Shown: positions 1 through 9,783, counted from the first letter of the stretch. The stretch: 27,615 nucleotides of DNA from Candidatus Cloacimonadota bacterium (GCA_049903315.1 JBNGBT010000018.1:1-27615); one strand, 5' to 3'. Made by a program: numbers and translations. The notes: generated by a model not told the origin, from the sequence alone.

Positions 1-60
1 ACCATGGCATGTACTCCTTTCTGCAACAACATACTCTTCTCCCAATTTCTGTAAACAACG

Positions 61-1170
61 CTAAGTTTTCTTACATTTTATACAATTTTTTATATTCTGA
101 ATCACATAATTCTTCTGTTCAATAGTTAATTCAGGATAAATCGGAATTGATAATACTTCTTGTGCAGCTTTTTCTGATTCTGGAAGGTCTCCCGCTTTGT
201 AGCCAAGATATCCAAAACATTCCTGCAAATGCAATGGAACAGGATAGTAGATCGCATTCCCAACATTTGCTTCATTGAGTTTGTTCTGCAATTCAGCTCT
301 CTTTAGAGTTCGGATCGTGTACTGATTGTAGATCATTTTGTTATAGGATTCGACAAAGGGTGTAGTAAGCACATCTTTTAGGTGTTCATTATAATAATCT
401 GCATTTTTCTGACGACCCTTATGCCATTCCTCCAGATATGGAAATTTCTCAAGAAGTACTGCAGCTTGAAGAGTGTCTAAACGGAAATTGCCACCAATAT
501 ATTTGTGCTTATACGCGCTTACACTGCCATGTTGTCTAAAGATACGGAGCTTCTCTGCTATTTCTAAATTATTCGTAGTAACAATACCCCCATCACCGCA
601 AGCACCTAAATTTTTACTTGGATAAAATGAGAAGCATCCAACATCCCCCAATGAACCAGCACGCTTATCTTTATATTCGGATCCAATAGCCTGAGCAGCA
701 TCCTCTATTACAAAAAGGCTATGCTTCTTTGCAATCTCATTGATCTTATCCATCTCTGCGCACTGCCCAAATATATGAACAGGCATGATCGCTTTTGTAT
801 TTTCAGTGATCTTAGCTTCGATCAGCTCAGAATCGATATTATAGGTTTTGGGATCGATATCAACAAAGACAGGTTTCGCTCCAACCCTGAATATGGAACC
901 TGCAGTTGCAAAGAATGTAAAGGGAGTCGTGATAACCTCATCTCCTTTTCCGATATCTAATGCCATTAGTGAGATTAGAAGAGCATCTGTTCCGGATGAT
1001 ACTCCCACGGAATATTTACAATTACAATAATCAGCGATCTTTTTTTCTAATTCTAAAACCTGAGGTCCATTTATGAATTTTTTTGAAACATAGACTTCTT
1101 TTATAGTATTTAAAATTTGTTTATCCAAGGGTTTATATTGGGCAAATAAATCTAACATTGGTACGTTCAT
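61..1170 (-). CDS. DegT/DnrJ/EryC1/StrS family PLP-dependent aminotransferase (nucleotide-sugar synthesis)
   Basis: 369 aa with family motifs GVSSGTDAL, GDEVITTPFTFFATA, IEDAAQA, SFYPSKNLGACGDGG (PLP lysine) and NFRLDTLQAA. Confidence 0.95.
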   Translation of the reverse strand: MNVPMLDLFAQYKPLDKQILNTIKEVYVSKKFINGPQVLELEKKIADYCNCKYSVGVSSGTDALLISLMALDIGKGDEVITTPFTFFATAGSIFRVGAKPVFVDIDPKTYNIDSELIEAKITENTKAIMPVHIFGQCAEMDKINEIAKKHSLFVIEDAAQAIGSEYKDKRAGSLGDVGCFSFYPSKNLGACGDGGIVTTNNLEIAEKLRIFRQHGSVSAYKHKYIGGNFRLDTLQAAVLLEKFPYLEEWHKGRQKNADYYNEHLKDVLTTPFVESYNKMIYNQYTIRTLKRAELQNKLNEANVGNAIYYPVPLHLQECFGYLGYKAGDLPESEKAAQEVLSIPIYPELTIEQKNYVIQNIKNCIKCKKT

Positions 1171-1182
1171 TGTTGTGTCCTT

Positions 1183-1728
1183 CTATTCATCGAGTAAAGC
1201 GATATCTTTTGCATTGACCTCGATTGCTACAGCTTGCTTTATCAAGTCAATATTTAGTATTAATTTATATGTCCCCTTTCTATAAGAGATCTTTCCCTCA
1301 TAGTTTTTGAAAGGTCCCCGAACAATTTTCACTTTTCTCCCACGTGTAAGAAATTTGTGCGGAATCAATTTTGCTCCCTCATTTTGCGCTTCATGTATCT
1401 GTTTAAGTTCTCGAAGAACTTGTTCCTGATCAGGTGCTTCAATGAATGCACAAAGCAATCCTGTGCGATACAATTGAATTTTCTGATCGGGCGAACAATT
1501 ACAAAAAATATAGCTTGAGAACAGTGGCTTTTTAAACGTGATCGCTCGGTTATGATAATACCTCACACTATCCTGCAAGGGTAAATAATAGGAAATATTG
1601 TAATCGATGCAGCTCTCTGCCACCTTCTTTTCGTGACGTGGTTTCGTATATACGGCATACCAACTACTATCCTCAATGAGTCTTAACTCTCCAAACAATT
1701 CACTAATCTCATTTTTATTGTGTAACAT
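1183..1728 (-). CDS. UpxY/RfaH-like NusG-paralog transcription antiterminator
   Basis: NGN domain (WYAVYTKPRHEKKV, YLPL, KPLFSSYIF) plus KOW motif (GRKVKIVRGPFKNYEGKI). It lies first in front of a sugar aminotransferase, as expected for a polysaccharide operon regulator. Confidence 0.88.
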   Translation of the reverse strand: MLHNKNEISELFGELRLIEDSSWYAVYTKPRHEKKVAESCIDYNISYYLPLQDSVRYYHNRAITFKKPLFSSYIFCNCSPDQKIQLYRTGLLCAFIEAPDQEQVLRELKQIHEAQNEGAKLIPHKFLTRGRKVKIVRGPFKNYEGKISYRKGTYKLILNIDLIKQAVAIEVNAKDIALLDE

Positions 1729-1812
1729 AAATATTATTCAAACCATAATTATTTTTTGTGAGATGCATAAAATCGTAAATTCCTGTCAATAAAACTTCAC
1801 AGAACTTCCAAT

Positions 1813-1850
1813 AAAAAAAAATGGCATGAACACATATGCGTATCATGCCA
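1813..1850 (-). terminator. Intrinsic terminator of the RRM gene
   Basis: Minus strand reads TGGCATGA-13 nt-TCATGCCA followed by a run of T, about 25 nt after the stop at 1874. Confidence 0.8.
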
Positions 1851-1873
1851 CTCTTACGTAACAACTTGATTCT

Positions 1874-2134
1874 CTATCTTCTAAAGTCTCTTCGATTATC
1901 TCTTTTCGGACGTGCTTCATCAACCTTCATGGAACGACCTTTAAGATCTTTTCCATTTAAGTCACTCATTGCATTTTCAGCTTCAGCAGGCGCTGACATT
2001 TCTACAAATCCAAAACCTTTTCCGTCAATGATAGTAACCTCAACCACTTCGCCAAATTCAGCAAATAGTTCTGAAAGTTCGTCTTTTGTGACTGAGTAAT
2101 CAAGATTACCCACATAGAGTTTTTTACCTTCCAT
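1874..2134 (-). CDS. RNA-binding protein (single RRM domain)
   Basis: RNP2 KLYVGNL, RNP1 KGFGFVEM, and LNGKDLKGRSMKVDEARP. Start moved from 2176 to ATG 2134 (MEGKK), which has an upstream AGGAG. Confidence 0.93.
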   Translation of the reverse strand: MEGKKLYVGNLDYSVTKDELSELFAEFGEVVEVTIIDGKGFGFVEMSAPAEAENAMSDLNGKDLKGRSMKVDEARPKRDNRRDFRR

Positions 2135-2332
2135 TCTTTCTATTCTCCTATTTTTTCTTGTTCGCATACTTATCATGAAGAATAGATGAAAATAAATCTA
2201 TTTTCAATACTAAATATTTTGAACTTTGATAACTTAACGAGTAAGTTATTTTCTTAGTGTGACAGGAGAAAATCGTAAATTAATATGGTCAAGAATTTTG
2301 ATAATAAAAAAAGTTCTGATAAAATTGATAAA

Positions 2333-2424
2333 TGGCGGAGAGAGTGGGATTCGAACCCACGGTCCGCCAAATGACGGACAACGATTTTCGAGACCGTCCC
2401 GTTCAACCGCTCCGGCATCTCTCC
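2333..2424 (-). tRNA. tRNA-Ser(CGA)
   Basis: Minus strand GGAGAGATGCCGGAGCGGTTGAACGGG-ACGGT-CTCGAAA-ATCGT, long variable arm, then GTGGGTTCGAATCCCACTCTCTCCGCCA. G discriminator and encoded CCA are present. Confidence 0.96.
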
Positions 2425-2435
2425 TGAAAAAAAAA

Positions 2436-2503
<68 letters not shown>

Positions 2504-2527
<24 letters not shown>

Positions 2528-2989
2528 GTTTTTATTCGTTCTCTTCTTCTGAAAAAATTCTTTTAAGATTTCGCCGCATTCACGTGCCATGACACCGCTT
2601 TTTAACTCAGGATTATGATTCAGGCGAGTATCATAAAGGATATTATACAATGACCCACAAGCTCCATTCTTTTCATCAAATGCACCAAATACCACTTTAT
2701 CGATACGTGAAAGAACTATGGCTCCGGCACACATAGTACAAGGTTCCAAAGTGACATACAACACACAACCAGAAAGCCACTTACCTACTTTTTTTTGAGC
2801 GATTTCGATTGCACATTTCTCTGCATGCGCCAGTCCATCTTTGCTTGATTCTGTTGAATTATGAGCACTTGCTACAATTTTTTCATCCTGTATGATCACT
2901 GCCCCAACAGGGACTTCATCCTCTTGAAATGCCTTCTCGGCTTCTTCAAGTGCCAACCTCATCCAGTGTTCATCACTATGTGCTTTCAT
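2504..2989 (-). CDS. tadA: tRNA adenosine(34) deaminase
   Basis: EVPVGAVI, AHAE, LYVTLEPCTMCAGAI, GACGS, LNH and C-terminal FFQKKR. The last 24 nt overlap tRNA-Ser(GGA). Confidence 0.92.
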
Positions 2990-3023
2990 CGAATGTGCTT
3001 GTTTATTTTAGGTTGGTATTCAT

Positions 3024-3088
3024 TGTCAATTTTTCCTCATCAATGCGGAGAGCAGGTCAATCAAATAAAGATATTGACCAATTTGACA
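3024..3088. promoter_or_regulatory. Divergent promoter region with -35-like hexamers
   Basis: TTGACA (minus, 3024-3029) and TTGACC (minus, 3055-3060) face tadA. TTGACC (3074-3079) and TTGACA (3083-3088) face the antiporter. The -10 boxes are poor. Confidence 0.5.
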
Positions 3089-3133
3089 CTTCATCGGCAA
3101 ACTAACAAAAATTTATTTCGATAAGGATGTTCG

Positions 3134-4414
3134 ATGCCATCTGCTTTTAATTGGTCAGTTACCTCTATAGAATTTTGCATGACCGCATTACGAACCCTTG
3201 TTAGCCACCACATCCTCTTTGCAATTGGTGTTGTGCTTATTGTCGGATACCTCCTTGGAAAACTTGCTGACAAACTAAAACTGCCGGTAGTCACCGGCTA
3301 CATCATTGCGGGTATTCTTCTTGGTGAATCGATCGGCAATGTTATCGAACTCAAAATGGTTCATGCACTTCGTCCGATTACTGAAATTGCACTCGGACTT
3401 ATTGCTCTTGCAATTGGTGGAGAATTCTCCAGATCAAAACTGAAATCCATAGGCAAGGAAGTAGTCATCCTCACCATCTTCCAGATAGGGCTGACTTTTG
3501 TGCTTGTTTCCGGATCATTGATGCTTATCGGTTTCAAATATGAATTCTCTCTACTTCTGGGGGCAATAGCCACTGCAACCGCACCTGCAGCCACTGTTGC
3601 TATTGTGCAATCATTGCGTGCACGTGGCAAATTCATCGATTATCTCTATGGACTTGTAGCTCTTGATGATGCAGGATCTGTAGTTCTTTTCGGTTTGGTT
3701 TTTGCTTTTGTAGGACTCACGTTGCCGAATATCAGCGGCATCAAGAATAATCCTATGATAATGATATTTACTGCACTTGGCGAGATATTTCTCTCGATCA
3801 TAATCGGGATAGTAGTCGGGTATATTCTACATAAAGCAACACATAAAAAGCAAAACAAAAGCGAGATCATGATCATAGCACTCGGCATCATTTTTATGGT
3901 GATCAGTATTGCACATCCGCTTCATATTTCGCCGCTTATCACGAATATAGTGATAGGAGCAACCTTAGTAAATCTTTCACCTAAAAATCAAAGAATTTCA
4001 CGAATTTTAGAGGGTTTAACTCCTCCAATTTATGCACTGTTCTTCGCTATTGCAGGAACCGAATTGCAGCTTGGCATCTTCACTCAACCCGGGATCCTCA
4101 TTCTCGGAGTGATTTTTGTCATAGCCCGTATGATCGGAAAATATTTCGGGGTGTATCTTGGAGCACTCTCAGCTCATTCTGATAAGCCTACAAAAAAATA
4201 TCTTGGGATCTGCATGTTCCCTCAAGCAGGTGTTGCAATAGGATTGGTACTCATGATACAGGCATCCCCCATTATTGCAAATGCCACTTCCGAGATGCAA
4301 CTCCTCGCGATCAATATGGTAAATATTATCATTTTTTCTGTATTCATAAATGAACTCATCGGACCTGTGCTTTCTAAGTGGGCAATCATAAAAGGCACGG
4401 GCATAAAACCTTGA
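3134..4414 (+). CDS. Cation:proton antiporter (Na+/H+ or K+/H+ exchanger, CPA2-like) without a C-terminal RCK domain
   Basis: Highly hydrophobic 426 aa with KLPVVTGYIIAGILLG, ATATAPAAT, ALDDA, FFAIAG, RMIGK and PQAGVAIGL. AAGGA precedes ATG 3134. Confidence 0.9.
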   Translation: MPSAFNWSVTSIEFCMTALRTLVSHHILFAIGVVLIVGYLLGKLADKLKLPVVTGYIIAGILLGESIGNVIELKMVHALRPITEIALGLIALAIGGEFSRSKLKSIGKEVVILTIFQIGLTFVLVSGSLMLIGFKYEFSLLLGAIATATAPAATVAIVQSLRARGKFIDYLYGLVALDDAGSVVLFGLVFAFVGLTLPNISGIKNNPMIMIFTALGEIFLSIIIGIVVGYILHKATHKKQNKSEIMIIALGIIFMVISIAHPLHISPLITNIVIGATLVNLSPKNQRISRILEGLTPPIYALFFAIAGTELQLGIFTQPGILILGVIFVIARMIGKYFGVYLGALSAHSDKPTKKYLGICMFPQAGVAIGLVLMIQASPIIANATSEMQLLAINMVNIIIFSVFINELIGPVLSKWAIIKGTGIKP

Positions 4415-4428
4415 TTTGAGGTAATATT

Positions 4429-5253
4429 ATGTTACTTTTAAAAAAACTATGCAAAGAAAGTTGCTCCGCTTCTTTCCAGGCAAAGAAAAAGGATGAAGCA
4501 CTTCATGAACTTGTACAACTCCTAAAAAAGTGTCCTAAAATCAAAGATATTGAATCATCCAAGATATATTTTGCGTTGAAGGAGAGAGAAAAACTCGGAA
4601 GTACTGGCCTTGGTGGTGGGATAGCTATCCCTCATGCGAAAATAGAAGGTCTTGATGATTTTGTTCTCGCCCTTGCAATCTCCAAAAAAGGCGTGCAATT
4701 CGACGCTATCGATAATAGAAAAGTGCATATCTTTTTTGTGCTGCTTGGACCATCAAACTCACCGAATGAACATCTAAAAATGCTTTCTGCAATCTCCCGG
4801 ACGCTTCGGGATGAGGATATCAAGAATGAACTTATCGCTTCCCGATCAGGAGAATCTATTTATGAAACTATTGCAATGAGCAATGGTGAAGAAGCAAGAA
4901 AAGAGCTTCCCCAGGAAAAACAAAAACTCCTTATGATCATCCTGTACGAGCAGAAATATCTTGAAGATATCATGGAACTTTTTCTTGAACTCGGTGTAAA
5001 GGGGTCGACAGTTATTGATTCTCAAGGCATGGGAGGGATTCTCACAAAAGTACCACTTTTTGCAGATTTTATAAATTTCCTCGGAGAAAATAAAAACTAC
5101 AGTAAAACGATTTTTGCGATCATTGGCGAATCCGAGCTGCATACAATCATCCGAGGTGTTGAAGATCTCCTCGGCGACCTTGATAAACGCGGAGGGGCAT
5201 CGATCATCGCACTTGACATTCATTTTGTCAAAGGTACAATGGAATACATGTAA
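4429..5253 (+). CDS. PTS EIIA (fructose/mannitol/Ntr-type) domain fused to a PII-like C-terminal domain
   Basis: N-terminal EREKLGSTGLGGGIAIPHAK (phospho-His motif), FDAIDNRKVHIFF and HLKMLSAISR. The last ~110 aa follow the PII pattern (KLLMIIL...ELGVKGSTVIDSQGMG...KTIFAII...GDLDKRGGASIIALDIHFVKG). SD GAGGT. Confidence 0.85.
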   Translation: MLLLKKLCKESCSASFQAKKKDEALHELVQLLKKCPKIKDIESSKIYFALKEREKLGSTGLGGGIAIPHAKIEGLDDFVLALAISKKGVQFDAIDNRKVHIFFVLLGPSNSPNEHLKMLSAISRTLRDEDIKNELIASRSGESIYETIAMSNGEEARKELPQEKQKLLMIILYEQKYLEDIMELFLELGVKGSTVIDSQGMGGILTKVPLFADFINFLGENKNYSKTIFAIIGESELHTIIRGVEDLLGDLDKRGGASIIALDIHFVKGTMEYM

Positions 5254-5266
5254 TATCAGGAGCATC

Positions 5267-8029
5267 ATGAAAAAAATAATACTAATTTTGACTTTATTAG
5301 TTTTAACACAATTACTTCAGGCAGACCCGCCAGCTACATATGACCTTCGGAATGTAGGTGGACAAAACTATGTCACATCAGTGAAAAACCAGCAAGGCGG
5401 CACATGCTGGACACATGGCGCAATGGCATCTATCGAGGGAAATCTAATGATGACCGGTGTCTGGATTGCAAATGGCGAAATCGGTGAACCGGATCTTGCG
5501 GAATATCATCTGGACTGGTGGAACGGTTTTAATCAGTACAATAATGATGACATTACTCCCCCATCAGGAAGCGGTTTGGAAGTGCATCAGGGTGGTGACT
5601 ACCGCGTGACTGCCGCGTACCTTTCGCGGGGAGAAGGCGCAGTTCGTGATATTGACGCACAATCATATACCACAGCTCCCGAGCGATCAGAGCCAAGTTA
5701 TCATTTTTATTATGTGAATGACATTGAATGGTATATTGCAGGAGCTGATCTGAGTAACATTAATACTATCAAAAATAAAGTTATGGAACATGGGGTGATG
5801 GGCACATGCCTGTGCTATGATTCGCAGTTTATCAGTAGTTATATCCATTATCAACCCCCCACTTCTACTCTTGATCCGAACCATGCAGTCGCAATCGTTG
5901 GCTGGGATGACAATAAAGTCACCCAAGCTCCATTACCTGGTGCCTGGCTGATTAAGAACAGCTGGGGAGCAAGCTGGGGTCTGAGTGGTTACTTCTGGAT
6001 ATCCTATTATGATAAGCACTGCGGACAGAATCCTGAAATGGGAGCGGTTTCCTTATATAATGCCGTGCTTCAGCCCTACAGCAATATCTATTATCATGAT
6101 TATCATGGCTGGCGGGATACACTTACCCAATATAATAAAGCTTTCAACAAATTCATTGCTGAGGATGATGAGGTCTTGCAAGCTGTTTCATTCTTTACTG
6201 CAACGGATAATGTCGACTATACAGTAAAAATTTACGATGATTTCCAGGGCGGTTCCCTGCAAAACGAACTCAGTTCTCAGACAGGTACTATTGAATACTG
6301 TGGACTTCACACGATCACTTTGGACACTCCGGTCACTCTTAGTAACGGAGATAATTTTTATGTGTACCTGCTTGTCTCGGATGGAGGACTTGCAATCGAC
6401 AGGACTTCTGATGTACCTGTCCTTCTAGGAGCAGATTACAGAACGATAGTAGAATCTTCAGCCAATCCTGATGAGAGTTACTATAATAATGGTTTTGTCT
6501 GGCTTGATTTATATGATTATAATTTTACCAATCCATCATGGGATGAAACAGCAAATTTCTGCATTAAAGCACTTACAAAAGAAAGAGGTATCAGCGTTAA
6601 TCCGGAGGAATCCTTTAATTCTTCTGGACCTGCTGGTGGTCCATTTGCTCCCGCAGAAATGACATACAATATCATAAATAATGAAGCCTCAACAATATCT
6701 CTCGAAGTATCTCATGACCTGACCTGTGACTGGATAACTCTATCCGGAGATGTATTCTGTTCAATCGCAGCCGGAGATACTGCAGAAGTGACTGTCCAGA
6801 TTAATAGTAATGCAAACACCTTGACTGAAGGTCTTCATGCTTCATCACTTTATTTCACCAATGCCTCCAATCATTATGGTGACACGACAATTGAAGTGAA
6901 ACTGGCAGTGGGCGAACCAACACTTCGGTACAGTTGGTATATGGACACAAATCCAAGCTGGAACAACCAAAACCAGTGGGCTTATGGCATACCAACAGGT
7001 CAAGGCGGTCAATATGGCGGACCTGATCCTACTGCTGGATATACCGGAGATAATGTTCTAGGGTATAATCTATATGGTGATTATCCAAACAACCTTTCAG
7101 AGACGAATCTCACAACTACGGCAATTGATTGTTCCAATCTCTATGGAGTTTCTCTGAAATTCTGGCGTTGGCTCGGAGTCGAGCAGCCACAATATGATCA
7201 TGCCTATGTGAGAATAAGTAATGACGGAACAAACTGGTACACGATTTGGGAAAATGACGAAACAATAGAAGACTATGCATGGTCTCAAATGGAGTTTGAT
7301 ATTTCTGAATACGCAGACGATCAACCCACAGTCTATCTCCGCTGGGTCATGGGAGAAACCGATGGCGGCTGGACATACTGCGGATGGAATCTTGATGATA
7401 TCGAGATCTTTGCATACGATGAAGTATTCTCAGCGATAGAACTTTCATCTTTCGAAGCTGCCTATGCTGACTCGACTAATTCCGTTCATCTCACATGGGT
7501 TACTTTAGCCGAGACAGATATTGTCGGCTACAATTTGTACCGATCTCAAACAGATGATTTCGCAACTGCTTCTCAAATAAATGTATCTATCATTCCCGGA
7601 CATGCACCATCGACAACTCCCCACACCTATGATTTCGATGACCAGGCTGCATCTATCACTACTCAATATTATTATTGGCTCCAGGTTCTTGGCTTTGGTG
7701 GATGGAATGACATATACGGCTCATTCATTTACCAACCTAATGTAAGCAACGACGATGAACCTGTTTTACAAATACTCTCATTACATAATTATCCTAATCC
7801 GTTTACACAGTCAACAGAGATCTCTTACTCACTCGCAAAGCCGGAAAAAGTAAAAATTCAGATATACAATCTGAAAGGGCAACTTATTGATACTATTCTT
7901 GACGAAAATATTCCTGCTGGAAATCATACTTGTAATTGGAATGCTGTTGAGATGAGTTCTGGAATTTACTTTATGAAATTATTGACGAAAGAAAAGGAAA
8001 TTTGTAGAAAGTTTGTAATAATAAAATAA
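5267..8029 (+). CDS. Secreted papain-family (C1A) cysteine protease with lectin-like/adhesin domains and a C-terminal sorting domain
   Basis: Signal peptide from ATG 5267 (SD CAGGAG). Catalytic motifs VKNQQGGTCW, NHAVAIVGW and WLIKNSWG. Later domains include an 'IELSSFEA...ETDIVGYNLYRS' module and an NYPNPF CTD. Confidence 0.92.
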   Translation: MKKIILILTLLVLTQLLQADPPATYDLRNVGGQNYVTSVKNQQGGTCWTHGAMASIEGNLMMTGVWIANGEIGEPDLAEYHLDWWNGFNQYNNDDITPPSGSGLEVHQGGDYRVTAAYLSRGEGAVRDIDAQSYTTAPERSEPSYHFYYVNDIEWYIAGADLSNINTIKNKVMEHGVMGTCLCYDSQFISSYIHYQPPTSTLDPNHAVAIVGWDDNKVTQAPLPGAWLIKNSWGASWGLSGYFWISYYDKHCGQNPEMGAVSLYNAVLQPYSNIYYHDYHGWRDTLTQYNKAFNKFIAEDDEVLQAVSFFTATDNVDYTVKIYDDFQGGSLQNELSSQTGTIEYCGLHTITLDTPVTLSNGDNFYVYLLVSDGGLAIDRTSDVPVLLGADYRTIVESSANPDESYYNNGFVWLDLYDYNFTNPSWDETANFCIKALTKERGISVNPEESFNSSGPAGGPFAPAEMTYNIINNEASTISLEVSHDLTCDWITLSGDVFCSIAAGDTAEVTVQINSNANTLTEGLHASSLYFTNASNHYGDTTIEVKLAVGEPTLRYSWYMDTNPSWNNQNQWAYGIPTGQGGQYGGPDPTAGYTGDNVLGYNLYGDYPNNLSETNLTTTAIDCSNLYGVSLKFWRWLGVEQPQYDHAYVRISNDGTNWYTIWENDETIEDYAWSQMEFDISEYADDQPTVYLRWVMGETDGGWTYCGWNLDDIEIFAYDEVFSAIELSSFEAAYADSTNSVHLTWVTLAETDIVGYNLYRSQTDDFATASQINVSIIPGHAPSTTPHTYDFDDQAASITTQYYYWLQVLGFGGWNDIYGSFIYQPNVSNDDEPVLQILSLHNYPNPFTQSTEISYSLAKPEKVKIQIYNLKGQLIDTILDENIPAGNHTCNWNAVEMSSGIYFMKLLTKEKEICRKFVIIK

Positions 8030-8073
8030 ATCATCTGTCGTAAGTTTTCGGAGGATGTGATCAGGAGGACGAG

Positions 8074-9753
8074 ATGAGAAAGATGCTCATTATTGGAATG
8101 GGAATACTATTCCTCTTTAGCGGAGCACTCTCTGCAACAATATTGAATGTTCCGAGCGAGTACTCAACCATTCAGCAAGGCATCGATGCGTCACAGGATT
8201 CAGACACAGTTCTTGTTCAGCCGGGAACATATATAGAGAATGTTAACTACAATGGCAAAAATATAACTGTTGGGTCTTTGTTCTTAACAAGTGCAGATAC
8301 GAGTCATATTTCTCAGACTACTATTGATGGGAACCATCAAGGGAGCGTGGTTACATTTGAAAGTGGAGAAGATACTACAACTGTGTTATGTGGATTTACA
8401 ATCATTAATGGGTTAGGATTTGATGCTGATCCATTTACAGGAGGAGGAATTAATGTTTATAAATCATCACCTTCTCTTATGAATCTGATTGTGATGAATA
8501 ATCACTCTGAGTATATGGGCGGTGGCATGCTTCTGGGTGGTTCAAACATTGAACTATCTGATATTATAGTAAAGTATAATAGCTCTGATGCTATGGGAGG
8601 AGGAATAGGTTGTATATGTTTTGCAAATTTTATTAATGTTAACGTTCATAATAACGACTCAGGAATTTACTGCACTTTTTCAACAATTTCAATGAAAAAT
8701 GTTACTATTGAAAATAATTCACCTTATGGAGGATTAACTTCTTATTGGAGTGAACTTAATTTAGAGAATGTAACCGTTAAAGGAAACTATTCACAGTATG
8801 CTGGAGGAGGGATAGGTTCTTCTAATACCGACATTTTTCTTTCGGAAGTAATAGTTACTAATAATACTTCCGCTGATATCGGTGGGGGAATGTACATCTG
8901 TGGTGATGATGCTAATTTATTTAATACAATCGTGGAAAATAATACTGCTTATCAGGGTGGTGGAATTTTTTTCCGGGCAGGTAGGTATGACATAAAGTAT
9001 TCTGTCATTGCTAACAACACCTCGACTTACACTGGAGGTGGTATTTATAGTCAGTATGATCTAGGAAATATTGAAAACTCAACTATTGTTTACAACAGCA
9101 GAGGTGGGATATATGGTGATTTAATATATGGACTTGTGATCAAAAATTCAATCATTACTAATAATACACAAGATGCTGGAATACATGTTTATGGGGATTG
9201 TTCAATAAATTATTCAAATTTTTGGAATAATAATATATTAGGTATTTTTGATTCAACTGGTATAAATGTAACTACAAATGCAAATGGAGATTCATGCGAT
9301 ATTTATTATAATATCCAGATGGATCCAATGTTCGTTGATCCTGCAAATCAGGATTATCACCTACAATGGTGTTCACCCTGCATAGACGCAGGTGATCCAA
9401 ATTCTCCCCTTGATCCCGATAGTACAATCACAGATATGGGAGCGTATTATTATCATCAAGATGTTGCTATTGATAATCCACCACAAAATAACAACTGCAT
9501 TCAAGTTAAAAACTTCCCCAATCCTTTCTCGACCTCAACTAAAATATCCTTCTCTCTCCCGCATCCCGATAAAGTAAAAATCCAGATATACAACCTAAAA
9601 GGGCAACTCGTAAAGACACTACTCGATGAAGATAAAACTGTGGGAGAACATTCAGTAGAATTGTACACTGTTGAGATGAGTTCTGGAATTTACTTCATGA
9701 AATTATTGACGGAGGAAAAGACAATTATTAGAAAGCTAATCATAATAAAATAA
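8074..9753 (+). CDS. Secreted right-handed beta-helix (pectin lyase/Pmp-like repeat) protein with CTD
   Basis: Signal peptide, TIQQGID...DTVLVQPGTYIEN, repeated N-x-S/A...GGG(I/M) units, DPMFVD...DYHLQWCSPCIDAG, and an NFPNPF CTD. SD AGGAGG. Confidence 0.85.
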   Translation: MRKMLIIGMGILFLFSGALSATILNVPSEYSTIQQGIDASQDSDTVLVQPGTYIENVNYNGKNITVGSLFLTSADTSHISQTTIDGNHQGSVVTFESGEDTTTVLCGFTIINGLGFDADPFTGGGINVYKSSPSLMNLIVMNNHSEYMGGGMLLGGSNIELSDIIVKYNSSDAMGGGIGCICFANFINVNVHNNDSGIYCTFSTISMKNVTIENNSPYGGLTSYWSELNLENVTVKGNYSQYAGGGIGSSNTDIFLSEVIVTNNTSADIGGGMYICGDDANLFNTIVENNTAYQGGGIFFRAGRYDIKYSVIANNTSTYTGGGIYSQYDLGNIENSTIVYNSRGGIYGDLIYGLVIKNSIITNNTQDAGIHVYGDCSINYSNFWNNNILGIFDSTGINVTTNANGDSCDIYYNIQMDPMFVDPANQDYHLQWCSPCIDAGDPNSPLDPDSTITDMGAYYYHQDVAIDNPPQNNNCIQVKNFPNPFSTSTKISFSLPHPDKVKIQIYNLKGQLVKTLLDEDKTVGEHSVELYTVEMSSGIYFMKLLTEEKTIIRKLIIIK

Positions 9754-9783
9754 TAAAATTGCCTTCGGGCAAAAGGGGTCACG

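Noticed and set aside
1..32. Start of the next minus-strand gene (ATG at 32 or 5, with SD-like GGGAG or AAAGGAG)
   Set aside because: Plausible, but too little sequence to call a product.
5114..5266. 51-aa N-terminal extension of the protease in the ORF track
   Set aside because: It overlaps the upstream gene. ATG 5267 has an SD and begins a clear signal peptide.
9759..9772. TTGCC-TTCG-GGCAA hairpin as a terminator
   Set aside because: Five-bp stem with no T-tract on the coding strand. At most an mRNA-stabilising element.
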